Virus record (IMG/VR): IMGVR_UViG_3300037692_000257
Location: 1-49,751 of that record
DNA from: a virus
Taxonomy: Duplodnaviria > Caudoviricetes
Strand: one strand, 5' to 3'
Length of the DNA: 49,751 nt
The translations under genes were made by a program, and so were the position numbers. Positions 24,780 through 34,038 of this stretch are shown piece by piece (the stretch's first letter is position 1; each line of letters opens with the position of its first letter). The notes beneath the pieces were generated by a model. The model was not told the DNA's origin. It saw nothing but the letters and a program-made list of their open reading frames with translations, and did not search any database.

Positions 24780-26161
24780 TGCGGCGTCATCCTCCGCGGG
24801 CCGGCCGGATCGGCCGTCGAGCCGCGGCCCATGAGCCGCCGCGCGGCCGTCATCGTCGCCCCTGCCACCATCCGCGCACCCGACGCCGCGGCCATAATGA
24901 CCACCTGCGCGTTCTCGCCGATCACGAGCCCGCCGGTCGGCGTCACGCTCCCTGCCAGGAGCTTGCTCGCGAGGTGGCGCAGCGATCCGGCCGGGGCGGC
25001 GCTCCCGGCCGGGTTGTGGGCGACGCGCCGCGCCAGGGCGCCCACGGCTGTCACTGACCCGCTCAGGGCGACCTGGGCCATCCGCAGCAGCGACAGCGCG
25101 CCTGACGGCGTGACGCTGCCGGCAAGGACCTTGGCGACGCTCCTGACCAGCGACCCGGTCGGCGTCACGGACCCGGCCACGCTGTGCCGCGGCGCACGGG
25201 CGACCGCGCCGCTCGGGGCAGTGCTGCCGGCCAGCCGATGCGCCACGGCGCGCACGAGCGCCCCTGTGGCCGTCACGGAGCCCGCCAGCGCCAGCTGCAC
25301 CGCCCGGAGGGCGACGAGCGTCCCCGAGGGCGTGACGCTGCCCGCCAGGTGCATCTGCGGCTTGCGTACGAGCGCACCCGCCGGTGTCGCCGTGCCGGCG
25401 AGCGCGGTGACCACCCTGCGCAGCAGCGCGCCGGCGGGCGTCACCAGTCCCGAGAGCGCGATCTGGCGGACCAGGAGGCTCGCCACGCTCCCTGTCGGCG
25501 TCGTGCTCCCCGCGAGGGCCTGCGTGGGCATCCGGCGGAGCGCGCCGCTCGGCGTCGTTGTGCCGGCGTAGCTCGTGGCCGCTCGACGCGCGAGCACCGC
25601 GGTCGGGCTGGTGGTCCCGCCGAATGCTCTGGACGCTCGCCGGAGAAGAGCGCCTGCCGGCGTTGCGAGCCCGGCGAGAGCGACGCGGCGGATCAGGGTG
25701 CTGGCCAGCGCGCCGCCCGGCGTGACGCTGCCCGCGACGCCGTGGCTCGCGGCCCTTCCCAGCGCGCCTGTTGGCGTCGCGCTGCCGGCGTAGCGCGACG
25801 CCGGGTTGCGCACGAGGGCGCCCGTGGCCGTGACGCTGCCCGCGAAGCCGGGCGGGCGGATCGTGCGGCTGAGGGCGCCCGAGGGCGTCGTGGAGCCTGC
25901 GAACGTGCGTGACGCGCTGCGCGCGAGGGCGCCGGTGGGCGCTGTGGAGCCCGCGTAGGCCGTCCGGGGCGCGCGGACGAGGGTGGCGGCCGGCGTGACC
26001 GAGCCTGCGAAGCTGCGCGAGACCTCGCGGACGATGGCGCCCGCCGGGGTGACGCTGCCGGCGAGGCCGATCGTGTACGTGGTGGCGTCGGCGCCGCGCA
26101 GCGTCCCGCCGCCCCGGAGCGTCGAGCCGCCGGCTGCTCTACGGAGGCGGAAGGTGGACAT
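24776..26161 (-). CDS. Fibrous repeat protein (about 21 repeats of 18-20 aa, AGSVTPxGALxR...)
   Basis: Repeats visible in the translation; located in the structural module. Confidence 0.8.
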   Translation of the reverse strand: MSTFRLRRAAGGSTLRGGGTLRGADATTYTIGLAGSVTPAGAIVREVSRSFAGSVTPAATLVRAPRTAYAGSTAPTGALARSASRTFAGSTTPSGALSRTIRPPGFAGSVTATGALVRNPASRYAGSATPTGALGRAASHGVAGSVTPGGALASTLIRRVALAGLATPAGALLRRASRAFGGTTSPTAVLARRAATSYAGTTTPSGALRRMPTQALAGSTTPTGSVASLLVRQIALSGLVTPAGALLRRVVTALAGTATPAGALVRKPQMHLAGSVTPSGTLVALRAVQLALAGSVTATGALVRAVAHRLAGSTAPSGAVARAPRHSVAGSVTPTGSLVRSVAKVLAGSVTPSGALSLLRMAQVALSGSVTAVGALARRVAHNPAGSAAPAGSLRHLASKLLAGSVTPTGGLVIGENAQVVIMAAASGARMVAGATMTAARRLMGRGSTADPAGPRRMTPH

Positions 26162-26168
26162 CTAGATC

Positions 26169-27404
26169 TTACTCGCGTGTTCCACGTATGCCTGCATTCC
26201 AGTTCGTATAGCCAGCATACGAAACTGCGTCCATCCACAAGCAGCGTAGCCCGCCCACGACGGCGGCCTGCACAGCTGTTGGCCGGATCTGCTTCTTGCC
26301 AGACTTCTCGGTCAGGGCGGTGTCGCTGAACGTTGAGCCGCCGTCCGCCGTCTCGAACAGGTGCATCTCGTATTGCGATCCGTCGTTGATCGAGGCGTAC
26401 ACGCGGTTGGCGTCGACCCGGTCAATGGCCACCCCACCGGAGTAATACCCGGAGCTCTCGAGCTGGCCCGCGCCGGCCTCGGCCATCTCGTTGACGACCC
26501 ACGCCGAGCCTGTCCAGCGGGCGTAGTCGTAGCGATGGTCCGTCGCCACGTTGACGTAGCGGGTGAAGACGATGCGGGGATGCCCGTCCGACCCGATCGC
26601 GATGTCCTCGATCGCCGCCAGGACCGACGAGCCATCGTAGACGAGGGTCATGTTCGACGAGTTCAGGGGCAGGCTGATCGGCGTGCCGTCCGACTGGTGG
26701 TAGGTGTCCGCCGTGGCGTCGTAGTAGGCATGCCAGACCGAGATTTGCGTCGCCCCCGGCGCGTTGGGGGCCTTCTCGGTGGCCGTGAAGTCGATCCGGT
26801 CGGAGCCGTTGCGGATGGCCTTGATGTACATGCCCTCGGATGGCTCCGAGAACACCGTCACCGGGGCCGACCACGACACCCCGTCGCCGGCGGCGTTGAG
26901 CGTGTACTGCCAGATCGCGGTGGTCGTAGGGTCGCCCGAGCGATAGAAGCGATAGATCGAGTCGTCCGCCATGACGATCGGCTGGTTGTAGGTGTAGACC
27001 GACTGGCCGAGGATCGAGTCGAGGTTGACCTCGGAGCCGAACGCGCTGATGTCCTCCGGGTTCGTGCTCGTCTTGTGGTACTCGCCGACTCCGACGTGGG
27101 CCGAGTACATGACCATGATCTTCCCGTCGGGCAGGATGACGATGGCCGCGTTGGCGTGGTCGTCCACCTGGACGTTGCGGAAGTCGGTCGCAGCCGACAC
27201 GGCATCGGTCGCCTCGGTGAAGGTGGCAATCTCGGCGTGACCGTTGTCCCCCCGGACCCAGGTGAAATAGACCTTGCCGTTGTTGTAGACCGCCATCGGT
27301 CCCGAGTACCAGATCCACCCGCCCTGAGAAGGACTAGTGAGCGGGATGACTGGCGATACGGCGAACGGACCACCAGCACCAGCCAAACCACGCCGTGCGG
27401 GCAT
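26169..27404 (-). CDS. BNR-4/sialidase-like beta-propeller protein
   Basis: DDH motif, YTY, IYRFYR, Asp-box-like ETADGGSTFS. Confidence 0.75.
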   Translation of the reverse strand: MPARRGLAGAGGPFAVSPVIPLTSPSQGGWIWYSGPMAVYNNGKVYFTWVRGDNGHAEIATFTEATDAVSAATDFRNVQVDDHANAAIVILPDGKIMVMYSAHVGVGEYHKTSTNPEDISAFGSEVNLDSILGQSVYTYNQPIVMADDSIYRFYRSGDPTTTAIWQYTLNAAGDGVSWSAPVTVFSEPSEGMYIKAIRNGSDRIDFTATEKAPNAPGATQISVWHAYYDATADTYHQSDGTPISLPLNSSNMTLVYDGSSVLAAIEDIAIGSDGHPRIVFTRYVNVATDHRYDYARWTGSAWVVNEMAEAGAGQLESSGYYSGGVAIDRVDANRVYASINDGSQYEMHLFETADGGSTFSDTALTEKSGKKQIRPTAVQAAVVGGLRCLWMDAVSYAGYTNWNAGIRGTRE

Positions 27405-27405
27405 C

Positions 27406-28329
27406 CTAGGTGGCTACGATCCGATATAGGATTACTGCCCCGAGAATGAGATTTCCCGGAGCGCCGACTTTCGTCGCGACCGCCCCAAACACATCCTTGT
27501 CGGTCCCGAGAAGCGCCCCAATCGCTGCCGATTTGCGCTCCATCGTTGAACTCGATCCGCTTTGGTTGTTGACGGTGGCAATTGAGGAGCCCTGTGTGGA
27601 CCCGTCCCACGTGTACAGATCGACTTGCCAGTAGGCGCTGCCTGACAGACCCGACGCATAGAGCGTGGCTTCGAGCCTGACCAGCCACAGGTCATAGGTC
27701 GGAGCCCACGGGATTGTCGAATAAAAGCTTGTGGCAGATAGCGAGATACTCGGCACCGTTCCGCCAAGGTGGTGCTCGTACAGCGTGGTCGTCAGCCAGC
27801 GTGTGCCGTCGTAGTAGAAGTCGAGAGCCAGGTCGGAGCGCCAGAAAAGATCCCCCGCACGCGGACTCGCAGGAAACGACGAGCCCGAGAACGTGACAAG
27901 AACCACCCGCTTGTCGGTGATCTGGTTCGTCGCGATGGTCGTGTCGTTGGCCGGCACGTAGACGGCAGCGAGCACGACGCTGTTGGCGGGGATGGCCGGG
28001 AACACGGGCGAGGCCGCGGCCGTGCCGGCGGTGACGGACTTGACTCCGGCGTTGCTGACCACGACGAGGTCGATCCGGGGGTTCGTCGCGTCGGCTGTCG
28101 TGATCGTGACGTTGCCCGACGCGACGGTGGCCGTCGTGCCGTCCGCGTTGCGCGTGACGCCTGCGGCTACTGCTACCGTCATGTCGGGGGTGCCCTGCGC
28201 GGTGACGGCGCAGCCCGACACGACGCCGTTGCCGTTGAGCCCGGCTACCAGGATGTCGATGTCGACCTTGTCTGGCTCAGCCTGGTCGGCGTGGAACGCG
28301 TCGGCCTCGTTGGGGATGGTGAAGGCCAC
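27406..28329 (-). CDS. Fibre/appendage protein (307 aa)
   Basis: GVVSGCAVTAQGTPDMTVAVAAG...NPRIDLVV...LAAVYVPA N-terminal domain typical of fibre proteins; divergent low-GC C-terminus. Confidence 0.7.
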   Translation of the reverse strand: MAFTIPNEADAFHADQAEPDKVDIDILVAGLNGNGVVSGCAVTAQGTPDMTVAVAAGVTRNADGTTATVASGNVTITTADATNPRIDLVVVSNAGVKSVTAGTAAASPVFPAIPANSVVLAAVYVPANDTTIATNQITDKRVVLVTFSGSSFPASPRAGDLFWRSDLALDFYYDGTRWLTTTLYEHHLGGTVPSISLSATSFYSTIPWAPTYDLWLVRLEATLYASGLSGSAYWQVDLYTWDGSTQGSSIATVNNQSGSSSTMERKSAAIGALLGTDKDVFGAVATKVGAPGNLILGAVILYRIVAT

Positions 28330-28332
28330 GGG

Positions 28333-29004
28333 TCAGCCGCCGCTCGCGAACGTCCCCGAGTACGTGCTCTCCAGAGCGTCGCCGCTCGACAGCGTGATCG
28401 CGTCGAACAGCGAGCGGTCGAACATGACGCCGCCGCCGGTCGCGGCCTGGTCGAACAGCGAATGCTCGCGGAGGGCGGCGCCGGGCGTGCCGTCGAGAGT
28501 GTTCGTGCCCACCGAGCTGAGCACCTTCTGCGACGCCTCGGCCGTGGTGCCGGTCGCCCGCACGTTGCCGGTGTACTCGGTCGTCAGCTCGGTCACGAGC
28601 GCGGTCTGGGTCGCGCCCTCGGCCGTCGTGCCGGTCCCGATCCCGTGGTACTTCATGGTCTCGAACTCGACCAGGTTCTGATACGCGTCGACGACGAAGC
28701 CCATGCCGGTGTCGGTCATGACCCGGCGCGACACGACGCCGTAGTCCTCGATCACGAGATCGTGGGGCGAGATCAGCCCGGCGCGCGCCAGGCCGAGGCC
28801 GCGGATGACGCGCAGCGACAGTGCCGCCTCGTAGATCATCGCCGAGCTGATTCGCTCGACGAGCTCCACGGCGAGGTCGGCCGGAAGGTGCGGCAGGGCG
28901 CGGAAGATCGAGTGCCCGAGCCGGCTCTGCGGCCGCCAGTCGCGGACGGCGTCGGGGATGGAGCGGGCGCGCTCGATGACCGTGGGCGCCGTGTACAGCG
29001 TCAT
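28333..29004 (-). CDS. Virion structural protein (223 aa), similar to 15186-15665
   Basis: YHGIGTGTTAEGATQTAL and REHSLFDQAATGGGVMFDRS motifs. Confidence 0.65.
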   Translation of the reverse strand: MTLYTAPTVIERARSIPDAVRDWRPQSRLGHSIFRALPHLPADLAVELVERISSAMIYEAALSLRVIRGLGLARAGLISPHDLVIEDYGVVSRRVMTDTGMGFVVDAYQNLVEFETMKYHGIGTGTTAEGATQTALVTELTTEYTGNVRATGTTAEASQKVLSSVGTNTLDGTPGAALREHSLFDQAATGGGVMFDRSLFDAITLSSGDALESTYSGTFASGG

Positions 29005-29228
29005 GAGGGGCCTCCGTTGCCGTTCGGCGCAGTCGCACCGGCGAGGCCGATCCGCACGATCCGGCGGGCCGCCGGCGACAGGGCGTCGAGCGCGCGGTGG
29101 ACTTCGAGCGCGGCGCCGACCTCGTTCTGCTCGAGCCGGATCCGGGTCCGCTCGGCGGCCAGGCGGACCTCCTCGGCCTCGAGGTCGGCGCGCGACCATT
29201 CGCTGTAGCTGGCCGGCTTCTTTGGCAT
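29001..29228 (-). CDS. Hypothetical protein (75 aa)
   Basis: ORF with RBS in the late operon. Confidence 0.6.
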   Translation of the reverse strand: MPKKPASYSEWSRADLEAEEVRLAAERTRIRLEQNEVGAALEVHRALDALSPAARRIVRIGLAGATAPNGNGGPS

Positions 29229-29240
29229 CGTGCTTCGCTC

Positions 29241-29606
29241 CTAGCCTGGGACCACGTAGACGTGGACAGTGCCGGTCTTGCTCACGCCGCCCTGCGCGAC
29301 GACGAACTTGAGCCGCCCGTCGATCGGGATCAGGGCCGGGATGGCGGTACCGCCGACGGCGTACAGCCGGGCGGCGCCCGCCGCGTCGACGACGCCGACC
29401 GTGGGCACGTACCAGGCGTCGGCGGCGAGGTTGGTGATGGTCAGGATGGCGGCGCCCGATGCCTCGTCGGTGATCGTGATGTCGCTGCCCGCGTCCAGGT
29501 CGCCGTTCTCGACGTACAGCCCGGCGATGAGGCCCGACAGCGGGTCGGAGTAGACCGTGGCGGCGCCCGACGCGTTGACCGCGAGGGTGACGACGTCGTG
29601 TCGCAT
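29241..29606 (-). CDS. Putative structural beta protein (121 aa)
   Basis: Beta-rich ORF in the head module. Confidence 0.65.
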   Translation of the reverse strand: MRHDVVTLAVNASGAATVYSDPLSGLIAGLYVENGDLDAGSDITITDEASGAAILTITNLAADAWYVPTVGVVDAAGAARLYAVGGTAIPALIPIDGRLKFVVAQGGVSKTGTVHVYVVPG

Positions 29607-29791
29607 CAGGACCTCGCTCGATGCCAGGGCAGCTCGGGGACCATCACGAAGCGCCGCCCGACCCGGCCGCCGTCACGCCGGCGCACCTTGAGGTCGAGCC
29701 GCTCCTGGCGCTCGGCCGCCTGCTCGGCCGCGATGCCCGTCCCCGGGAAGCGCTGCTCATAGCGGGCGGCCTTGCTCTCGGCGCTCTCCAT
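29606..29791 (-). CDS. Hypothetical protein (61 aa)
   Basis: Coupled ORF. Confidence 0.55.
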   Translation of the reverse strand: MESAESKAARYEQRFPGTGIAAEQAAERQERLDLKVRRRDGGRVGRRFVMVPELPWHRARS

Positions 29792-29796
29792 CAGGC

Positions 29797-30129
29797 TCAG
29801 GTGCCCAATGCGAGCCAGTAAAAAACTTCGGTGCCGGTCGAGGCGACGAGCGTTGGATCGGTGCCGCTGGTGTTCTTCCAGGCGTAGACGTTGACCGTCG
29901 TGCCCGAGATGTCGGCCGTCAGGACCGACGTGTTGTCCCCCGGCGCCGCGGTGCCCTTGAGCGTGGCCACGAACGCGATGACGGTGGTCAGCCCGGTCGC
30001 GACCGGCGTCGGGTTGGACCCGTCGAGGGCGGTCTCGCCGCGAGCGATCTTGTAGCCGTCGGCCGCGCCGACCAGGGGATTCGCGCCATCCTCGACGGTG
30101 ATCCCGTTCGGAAAGGCTGTCTTGCCCAT
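29797..30129 (-). CDS. Head decoration/head fibre-like protein (110 aa)
   Basis: MGKTAFPNGI start; immediately follows the capsid gene; GGAG RBS. Confidence 0.65.
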   Translation of the reverse strand: MGKTAFPNGITVEDGANPLVGAADGYKIARGETALDGSNPTPVATGLTTVIAFVATLKGTAAPGDNTSVLTADISGTTVNVYAWKNTSGTDPTLVASTGTEVFYWLALGT

Positions 30130-30143
30130 GATGTCTCCGAGGG

Positions 30144-30189
30144 GCTGAGCTCAGGCGCCGCGGGTCACGTCGCGGCGCCTGACCTCAGC
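30144..30189 (-). terminator. Long hairpin downstream of the major capsid gene (attenuator or mRNA stabiliser)
   Basis: TCAGGCGCCGCG/CGCGGCGCCTGA 12-bp stem extended by GCTGAG/CTCAGC; no U-tract. Confidence 0.55.
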
Positions 30190-30195
30190 GGGGGA

Positions 30196-31131
30196 TCACG
30201 AAGGATTCTGGCCGAAGACCCAGTACCACGACCGATGGCCGCGGCTGAAGCGCTGGTAGGCCCGGAACTTGGACTCGAGCGTGTCGAAGTCGACCATCCG
30301 GTCGAACTCGACCGGGATCCGCTCGTACCAGAGCAGGTCCCGGCGCATCCGGACCGAATCGATCATGAACCAGGCGTTGGCGTCGGTCAGGTAGTGCCAG
30401 ACCGTGGACGCGAACCGCCCCGCCTGGGGGTTGATCGCGTTGTTGGCGCTGGTCGGGTCGAGGGTCGAGCGGTTGATCGTCAGCGCGTCGTCCTCGAGCT
30501 CGGGCGGCACGAGCAGCCGGTCGGGCATGACGTTGAGGATGTCGCCGCGGTCGTCGACCAGGGCCATGTGGTCCTGGCGGGTCGTCCGGACGTTGTCCTT
30601 CGTCAGTGCGAGCGTGCCCTCGTTGGACTGGGTCGAGGCGTCGACCGGGCTGTATGGATGCGCCGCCGAGCACAGGCCGACGTCGTCGGGCCCCGCGATC
30701 GGGAAGCCGTAGTCGTCGGTGCCGCTGTCGGTGAACGCGTTGGTGAACGTCAGCGCGGCCGCCTTCTCACGGAAGCGGAAGGCCGAATCGCCGAGCTCCC
30801 GGGCGTCGTTGACCGGGATCGCGAGCAGGTTGTCGTCGATCAGCTTGCGCTGGACGATGAAGCCCTTCGCGAACTCGACGTGGGTGAAGCGCTTGAGGTA
30901 GCCCTTGTTCCGGTCGTCGTACTGGACGCGGCCGGTCTTCTCGAAGTCCCAGCCGGCCGAGGAGAACTGGCCGATGCCGAGGTGCTCCTCGAAGGCTCGC
31001 TCCGAGCGCTGGACGTTGTAGATCGATTCGATCAGGCTGGCTCGCCGCCCCGAGTCGGTGAAGCCAACGAAAAAGGCCTCCGATAGCTGCGGGGAGAGGA
31101 GCTCTGCCCAGTTGGATGCGACTTCAGGCAT
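30196..31131 (-). CDS. Major capsid protein (Mu gpT-like family, HK97 fold)
   Basis: 311 aa; FAKGFIVQRKLIDD, PDRLLVPPELE, YLTDANAWF motifs; follows scaffold and cement genes. Confidence 0.88.
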   Translation of the reverse strand: MPEVASNWAELLSPQLSEAFFVGFTDSGRRASLIESIYNVQRSERAFEEHLGIGQFSSAGWDFEKTGRVQYDDRNKGYLKRFTHVEFAKGFIVQRKLIDDNLLAIPVNDARELGDSAFRFREKAAALTFTNAFTDSGTDDYGFPIAGPDDVGLCSAAHPYSPVDASTQSNEGTLALTKDNVRTTRQDHMALVDDRGDILNVMPDRLLVPPELEDDALTINRSTLDPTSANNAINPQAGRFASTVWHYLTDANAWFMIDSVRMRRDLLWYERIPVEFDRMVDFDTLESKFRAYQRFSRGHRSWYWVFGQNPS

Positions 31132-31143
31132 GGTCAGCTGCTC

Positions 31144-31560
31144 CTACAGGGCCACGTTATCGACGTGCGCGCCAACGTTGAAGCGGACCAGGGTCTCCTG
31201 GGTCGCGCTCGAGGGGGCGACGACCACGAACTCCTTGTTGGAGCTCGTCGCGACACCCTGGGCGCCGGTGGCGCCGGCGATGTCGAGCGTCGCGCCCGAC
31301 ACCCGTGCGTTGGCGTCGGCCACGCCGTAGACGGCATCCGCGTCGCGGATGAAGGTCACGTCGGTCGTGCTGTCGGTCCGGGCGCCCGTGTCCAGGCAGA
31401 CCCCGAGGAAGGCCGTGTCGGCGGTGGCCCCGAGGTCGACCTCGCCGGTCTCGAGGTTGAGCATGTCGCCCTTGGTCAGCGTCTCGGTGTCCTTCGCCTT
31501 GAGGACCTGGATCGTCGGCGCGCCGCCCGACAGGCGATAGCGGAAGGTGAAGCCCGCCAT
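31144..31560 (-). CDS. Capsid cement/decoration protein (138 aa)
   Basis: Position between scaffold and capsid genes; LTKGDML...FLGV pattern. Confidence 0.65.
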   Translation of the reverse strand: MAGFTFRYRLSGGAPTIQVLKAKDTETLTKGDMLNLETGEVDLGATADTAFLGVCLDTGARTDSTTDVTFIRDADAVYGVADANARVSGATLDIAGATGAQGVATSSNKEFVVVAPSSATQETLVRFNVGAHVDNVAL

Positions 31561-31578
31561 GCTCTCGTCGCCTCCTTG

Positions 31579-32298
31579 CTAGCCAGCCTTCGGCGGCTGT
31601 ATTGCTTTCCAGTCGTCGAGCGTCTTCACGCTCTTCATCGCTGCGTATCGCTCGGGCGTCATCCCTGACGCCTTCGCGGCCCCGAGCTCGTCGGCCGTGA
31701 GGTTCGGCGGTGGTCCGCCGCTGGTCCCGTCGCCGGCATTGATCCCGCCCGGTGCGGGTGCCGCCGGCGCCTGGCCGACCAGGAAGGGCTTGTCCTTCAC
31801 CAGGTCGGTGACGAGCTGCTCGACGTTCTTCGGGTTGCCCTGGTCATCGAACTCGACCCTGGCCCCATCGACGAGGCGGACGACCGTCTCGACGTCGACG
31901 AGCTTGAGCTTGGCGGCGAGCCGGCCGACGGCCTGCTCGATCCGGTTCTGCTGTCGCTCGCGCTCCCAGGCCTTCTGTTCGGCCTCGAGCTCTTCCAGGC
32001 GCTTGTCCCGTTTCTCCTGCTCCGAGAGGCTCGCCTCCTGGAGCTTCCTGAGGTCACCCTCCGCCTTCTTGCGAAGCCGCTCCGCCTCGTCACGCTCGGC
32101 CTTCATGCGATCGAGTGCTCGTTTCCCGGGATCCCCCAGCGCGTCTGCGTCGTCCGTTGCGGGCGGCGCGGGTGGTGGGGTGGTCGTCGGCGGCGGGGTG
32201 GTCGGGGGCGGTTCGCCGGTCGCTGCCGGGGTCGCCTGGCTGTTCGGCTCGACCGTTGCGGTCGAGGTCGCGGGCGTTGCGCTCGTTGGTTCAGGCAT
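31579..32298 (-). CDS. Capsid scaffolding protein
   Basis: Pro/Thr-rich N-terminus, LGDPGKRALDRMKAER coiled coil, KDKPFLV motif. Confidence 0.85.
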   Translation of the reverse strand: MPEPTSATPATSTATVEPNSQATPAATGEPPPTTPPPTTTPPPAPPATDDADALGDPGKRALDRMKAERDEAERLRKKAEGDLRKLQEASLSEQEKRDKRLEELEAEQKAWERERQQNRIEQAVGRLAAKLKLVDVETVVRLVDGARVEFDDQGNPKNVEQLVTDLVKDKPFLVGQAPAAPAPGGINAGDGTSGGPPPNLTADELGAAKASGMTPERYAAMKSVKTLDDWKAIQPPKAG

Positions 32299-32323
32299 CG
32301 TAGGTACGTCTCCTCTGGGGTGG

Positions 32324-32347
32324 CTACCGGGTCGTTTGGGCCATCAG
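32324..32347 (-). promoter_or_regulatory. 24-bp repeated intergenic motif, copy 2
   Basis: Identical to 24756-24779. Confidence 0.7.
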
Positions 32348-32733
32348 GCGGGGATGACGGTGTCGCCCTCGCGGCGGGCGCCGCACTTGGCGCAGCCCTT
32401 CATGTAGGTCGGCATGGAGAAGTCGTCGACCGGGCACCACCAGGTGACCGCGGTCTTGCGCACGATCGGCACGGCCTTGCGACGCCTGCCGCTGATCAGC
32501 TGCGGGGCCGGCTCGTCGGCCTGCTCGTCGGCCTGCTCGTCGGCCTGCTCGTCGGCCTGCTCGTCGGCAGCGACGTCGGCGGTCACGGCCTCCCCGCTCG
32601 GTGGGCCCTCGGCGGCCAGGCGCTGCTCTTCGGTGTCGATCGCCGCGGCGAGCGCGTCGGCCCTGACCCCGACGGTGCGGATCCCGAGCTCCTTCGCCCG
32701 GGCCTTGAGGATGGCGTAGTTGCTGTCTGCCAT
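32344..32733 (-). CDS. Hypothetical protein with ADEQ repeats and C-terminal zinc ribbon
   Basis: GGAGG RBS; CPVD...CAKC motif. Confidence 0.7.
   Translation of the reverse strand: MADSNYAILKARAKELGIRTVGVRADALAAAIDTEEQRLAAEGPPSGEAVTADVAADEQADEQADEQADEQADEPAPQLISGRRRKAVPIVRKTAVTWWCPVDDFSMPTYMKGCAKCGARREGDTVIPA
32511..32568. repeat. 12-bp tandem repeat (CTGCTCGTCGGC, about 4.8 copies)
   Basis: Visible tandem repeat encoding ADEQ. Confidence 0.9.
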
Positions 32734-32743
32734 TGGTGGCCTC

Positions 32744-33817
32744 CTATGCGGTCTCGGCCAGCGGCGAGCGCCGCTGCAGCCGGTAGAGGGGGATCTCGCG
32801 CCGGGTCGGGCCCCAGCGCGAATCGTCGATGAGCTCGACCAAGTCGCCGAGCTCGAGCTGGCCAGCCTTGTACAGGGCGAACTTGCCGGGCCCCAGGATC
32901 GCGGCCTGGCGCTCCGGGGTCTGCCGCGCGAAGAGCGTCGGCCCGGGCGTGATCTGCGGCCGGTTGTCCGGGAGCGACGCGTCGCCGGTGATCTCGGCGT
33001 ATGACTTCGATCTGGGTAGAAGGACGCAGCGGCACGAAACGTGGGTGGCGAAGACCTCGGCGACGCGCCTGATCCCGGATCCCTTCAACGGGAAGAAGCG
33101 TCCGTGCTGAGCCCAGCAGACGGGACACGTTCTTCCGTCGCGCGCCGCGAACCACGTGTAGCCCTCGAGGAACTCGGCGTTCTCCTCGACCCCGACCCGG
33201 GCGGCCTCGCGGTACGAGCGCAGCGTCTCGGTCCGCACGATCGTCATCGAGCGCGACAGCGGGATCCCCATCGCCTTGCGAAACTCGCGGGCGATCGCCG
33301 CGATCGGTCGGCCCGTGGCGATGCCCGTCACGAGCACGCGGCGCGCCGCCACGAGCGCCTCCGCGTTGGCCGCCCGGATCAGGGCCGCCAGCGGCGTCCC
33401 GTCCTGGGCGAAGCCCGTCATCGCGGCGATCGCCTGGTGGGGGATCGCGGCGAACGAGATCCCGACCGGCTGCCCGAGGCTGGCCGCCATGAGCGCCAGC
33501 TGGTCCGGCCCGACGCGCCCCAGCGCCCGGTCCTGCGCCGTCACGGCCTCGCCACCGGCGATCTGTTCCCAGCGCAGGAGCTGCGCCTCGACCTGCGCCA
33601 TGAGCTCGCGGTAGCGGGCCAGCCGGAACAGGCGCCCGATCGGCACCGGCTCGCCGGCTTCGCGGAACGCGCCGACCTCGGCCAGCAGCGCGTCGAGCTC
33701 GACCCTGATCGACGCCCAGATGCTGGCGTACGAGGTGACCAGCCGGGCGGCGGCCTCGCGGTCGAGGGCGAGCAGCTCGCGGCGGGTGCGCAGGGCGATG
33801 TCGACGACGGAATCCAT
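32744..33817 (-). CDS. Minor head protein (SPP1 gp7/MuF-like)
   Basis: TIVRTETLRSY, DGRTCPVCWAQHG, HVSCRC motifs; downstream of the portal gene. Confidence 0.88.
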   Translation of the reverse strand: MDSVVDIALRTRRELLALDREAAARLVTSYASIWASIRVELDALLAEVGAFREAGEPVPIGRLFRLARYRELMAQVEAQLLRWEQIAGGEAVTAQDRALGRVGPDQLALMAASLGQPVGISFAAIPHQAIAAMTGFAQDGTPLAALIRAANAEALVAARRVLVTGIATGRPIAAIAREFRKAMGIPLSRSMTIVRTETLRSYREAARVGVEENAEFLEGYTWFAARDGRTCPVCWAQHGRFFPLKGSGIRRVAEVFATHVSCRCVLLPRSKSYAEITGDASLPDNRPQITPGPTLFARQTPERQAAILGPGKFALYKAGQLELGDLVELIDDSRWGPTRREIPLYRLQRRSPLAETA

Positions 33818-33819
33818 GA

Positions 33820-34038
33820 TCAGTTGACGTAGCCGCGATCGGAGCCCGGCCAGGTCGGCTCGACGTGCGACCAGACCGGGGAGTCGAGCGGACCCTCGCG
33901 GATTGGTTCGGGACGGCAAGCGGGGCGCATAAGGGTGGGCTCATGGCCGCGCGCCGGCAGCCCGTCCTCGCAGGGCAGGACGTGGACATCGGGCGCGTCC
34001 GACAGCGGATCCACGAGCCAACCGCGGTGATCGTTCAC
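33820..34038 (-). CDS. Hypothetical protein (72 aa)
   Basis: Coupled ORF with His/Cys motif. Confidence 0.5.
   Translation of the reverse strand: MNDHRGWLVDPLSDAPDVHVLPCEDGLPARGHEPTLMRPACRPEPIREGPLDSPVWSHVEPTWPGSDRGYVN

Noticed and set aside
10026-28329. Diversity-generating retroelement acting on fibre genes
   Set aside because: No reverse transcriptase and no TR/VR pair differing at adenines was seen
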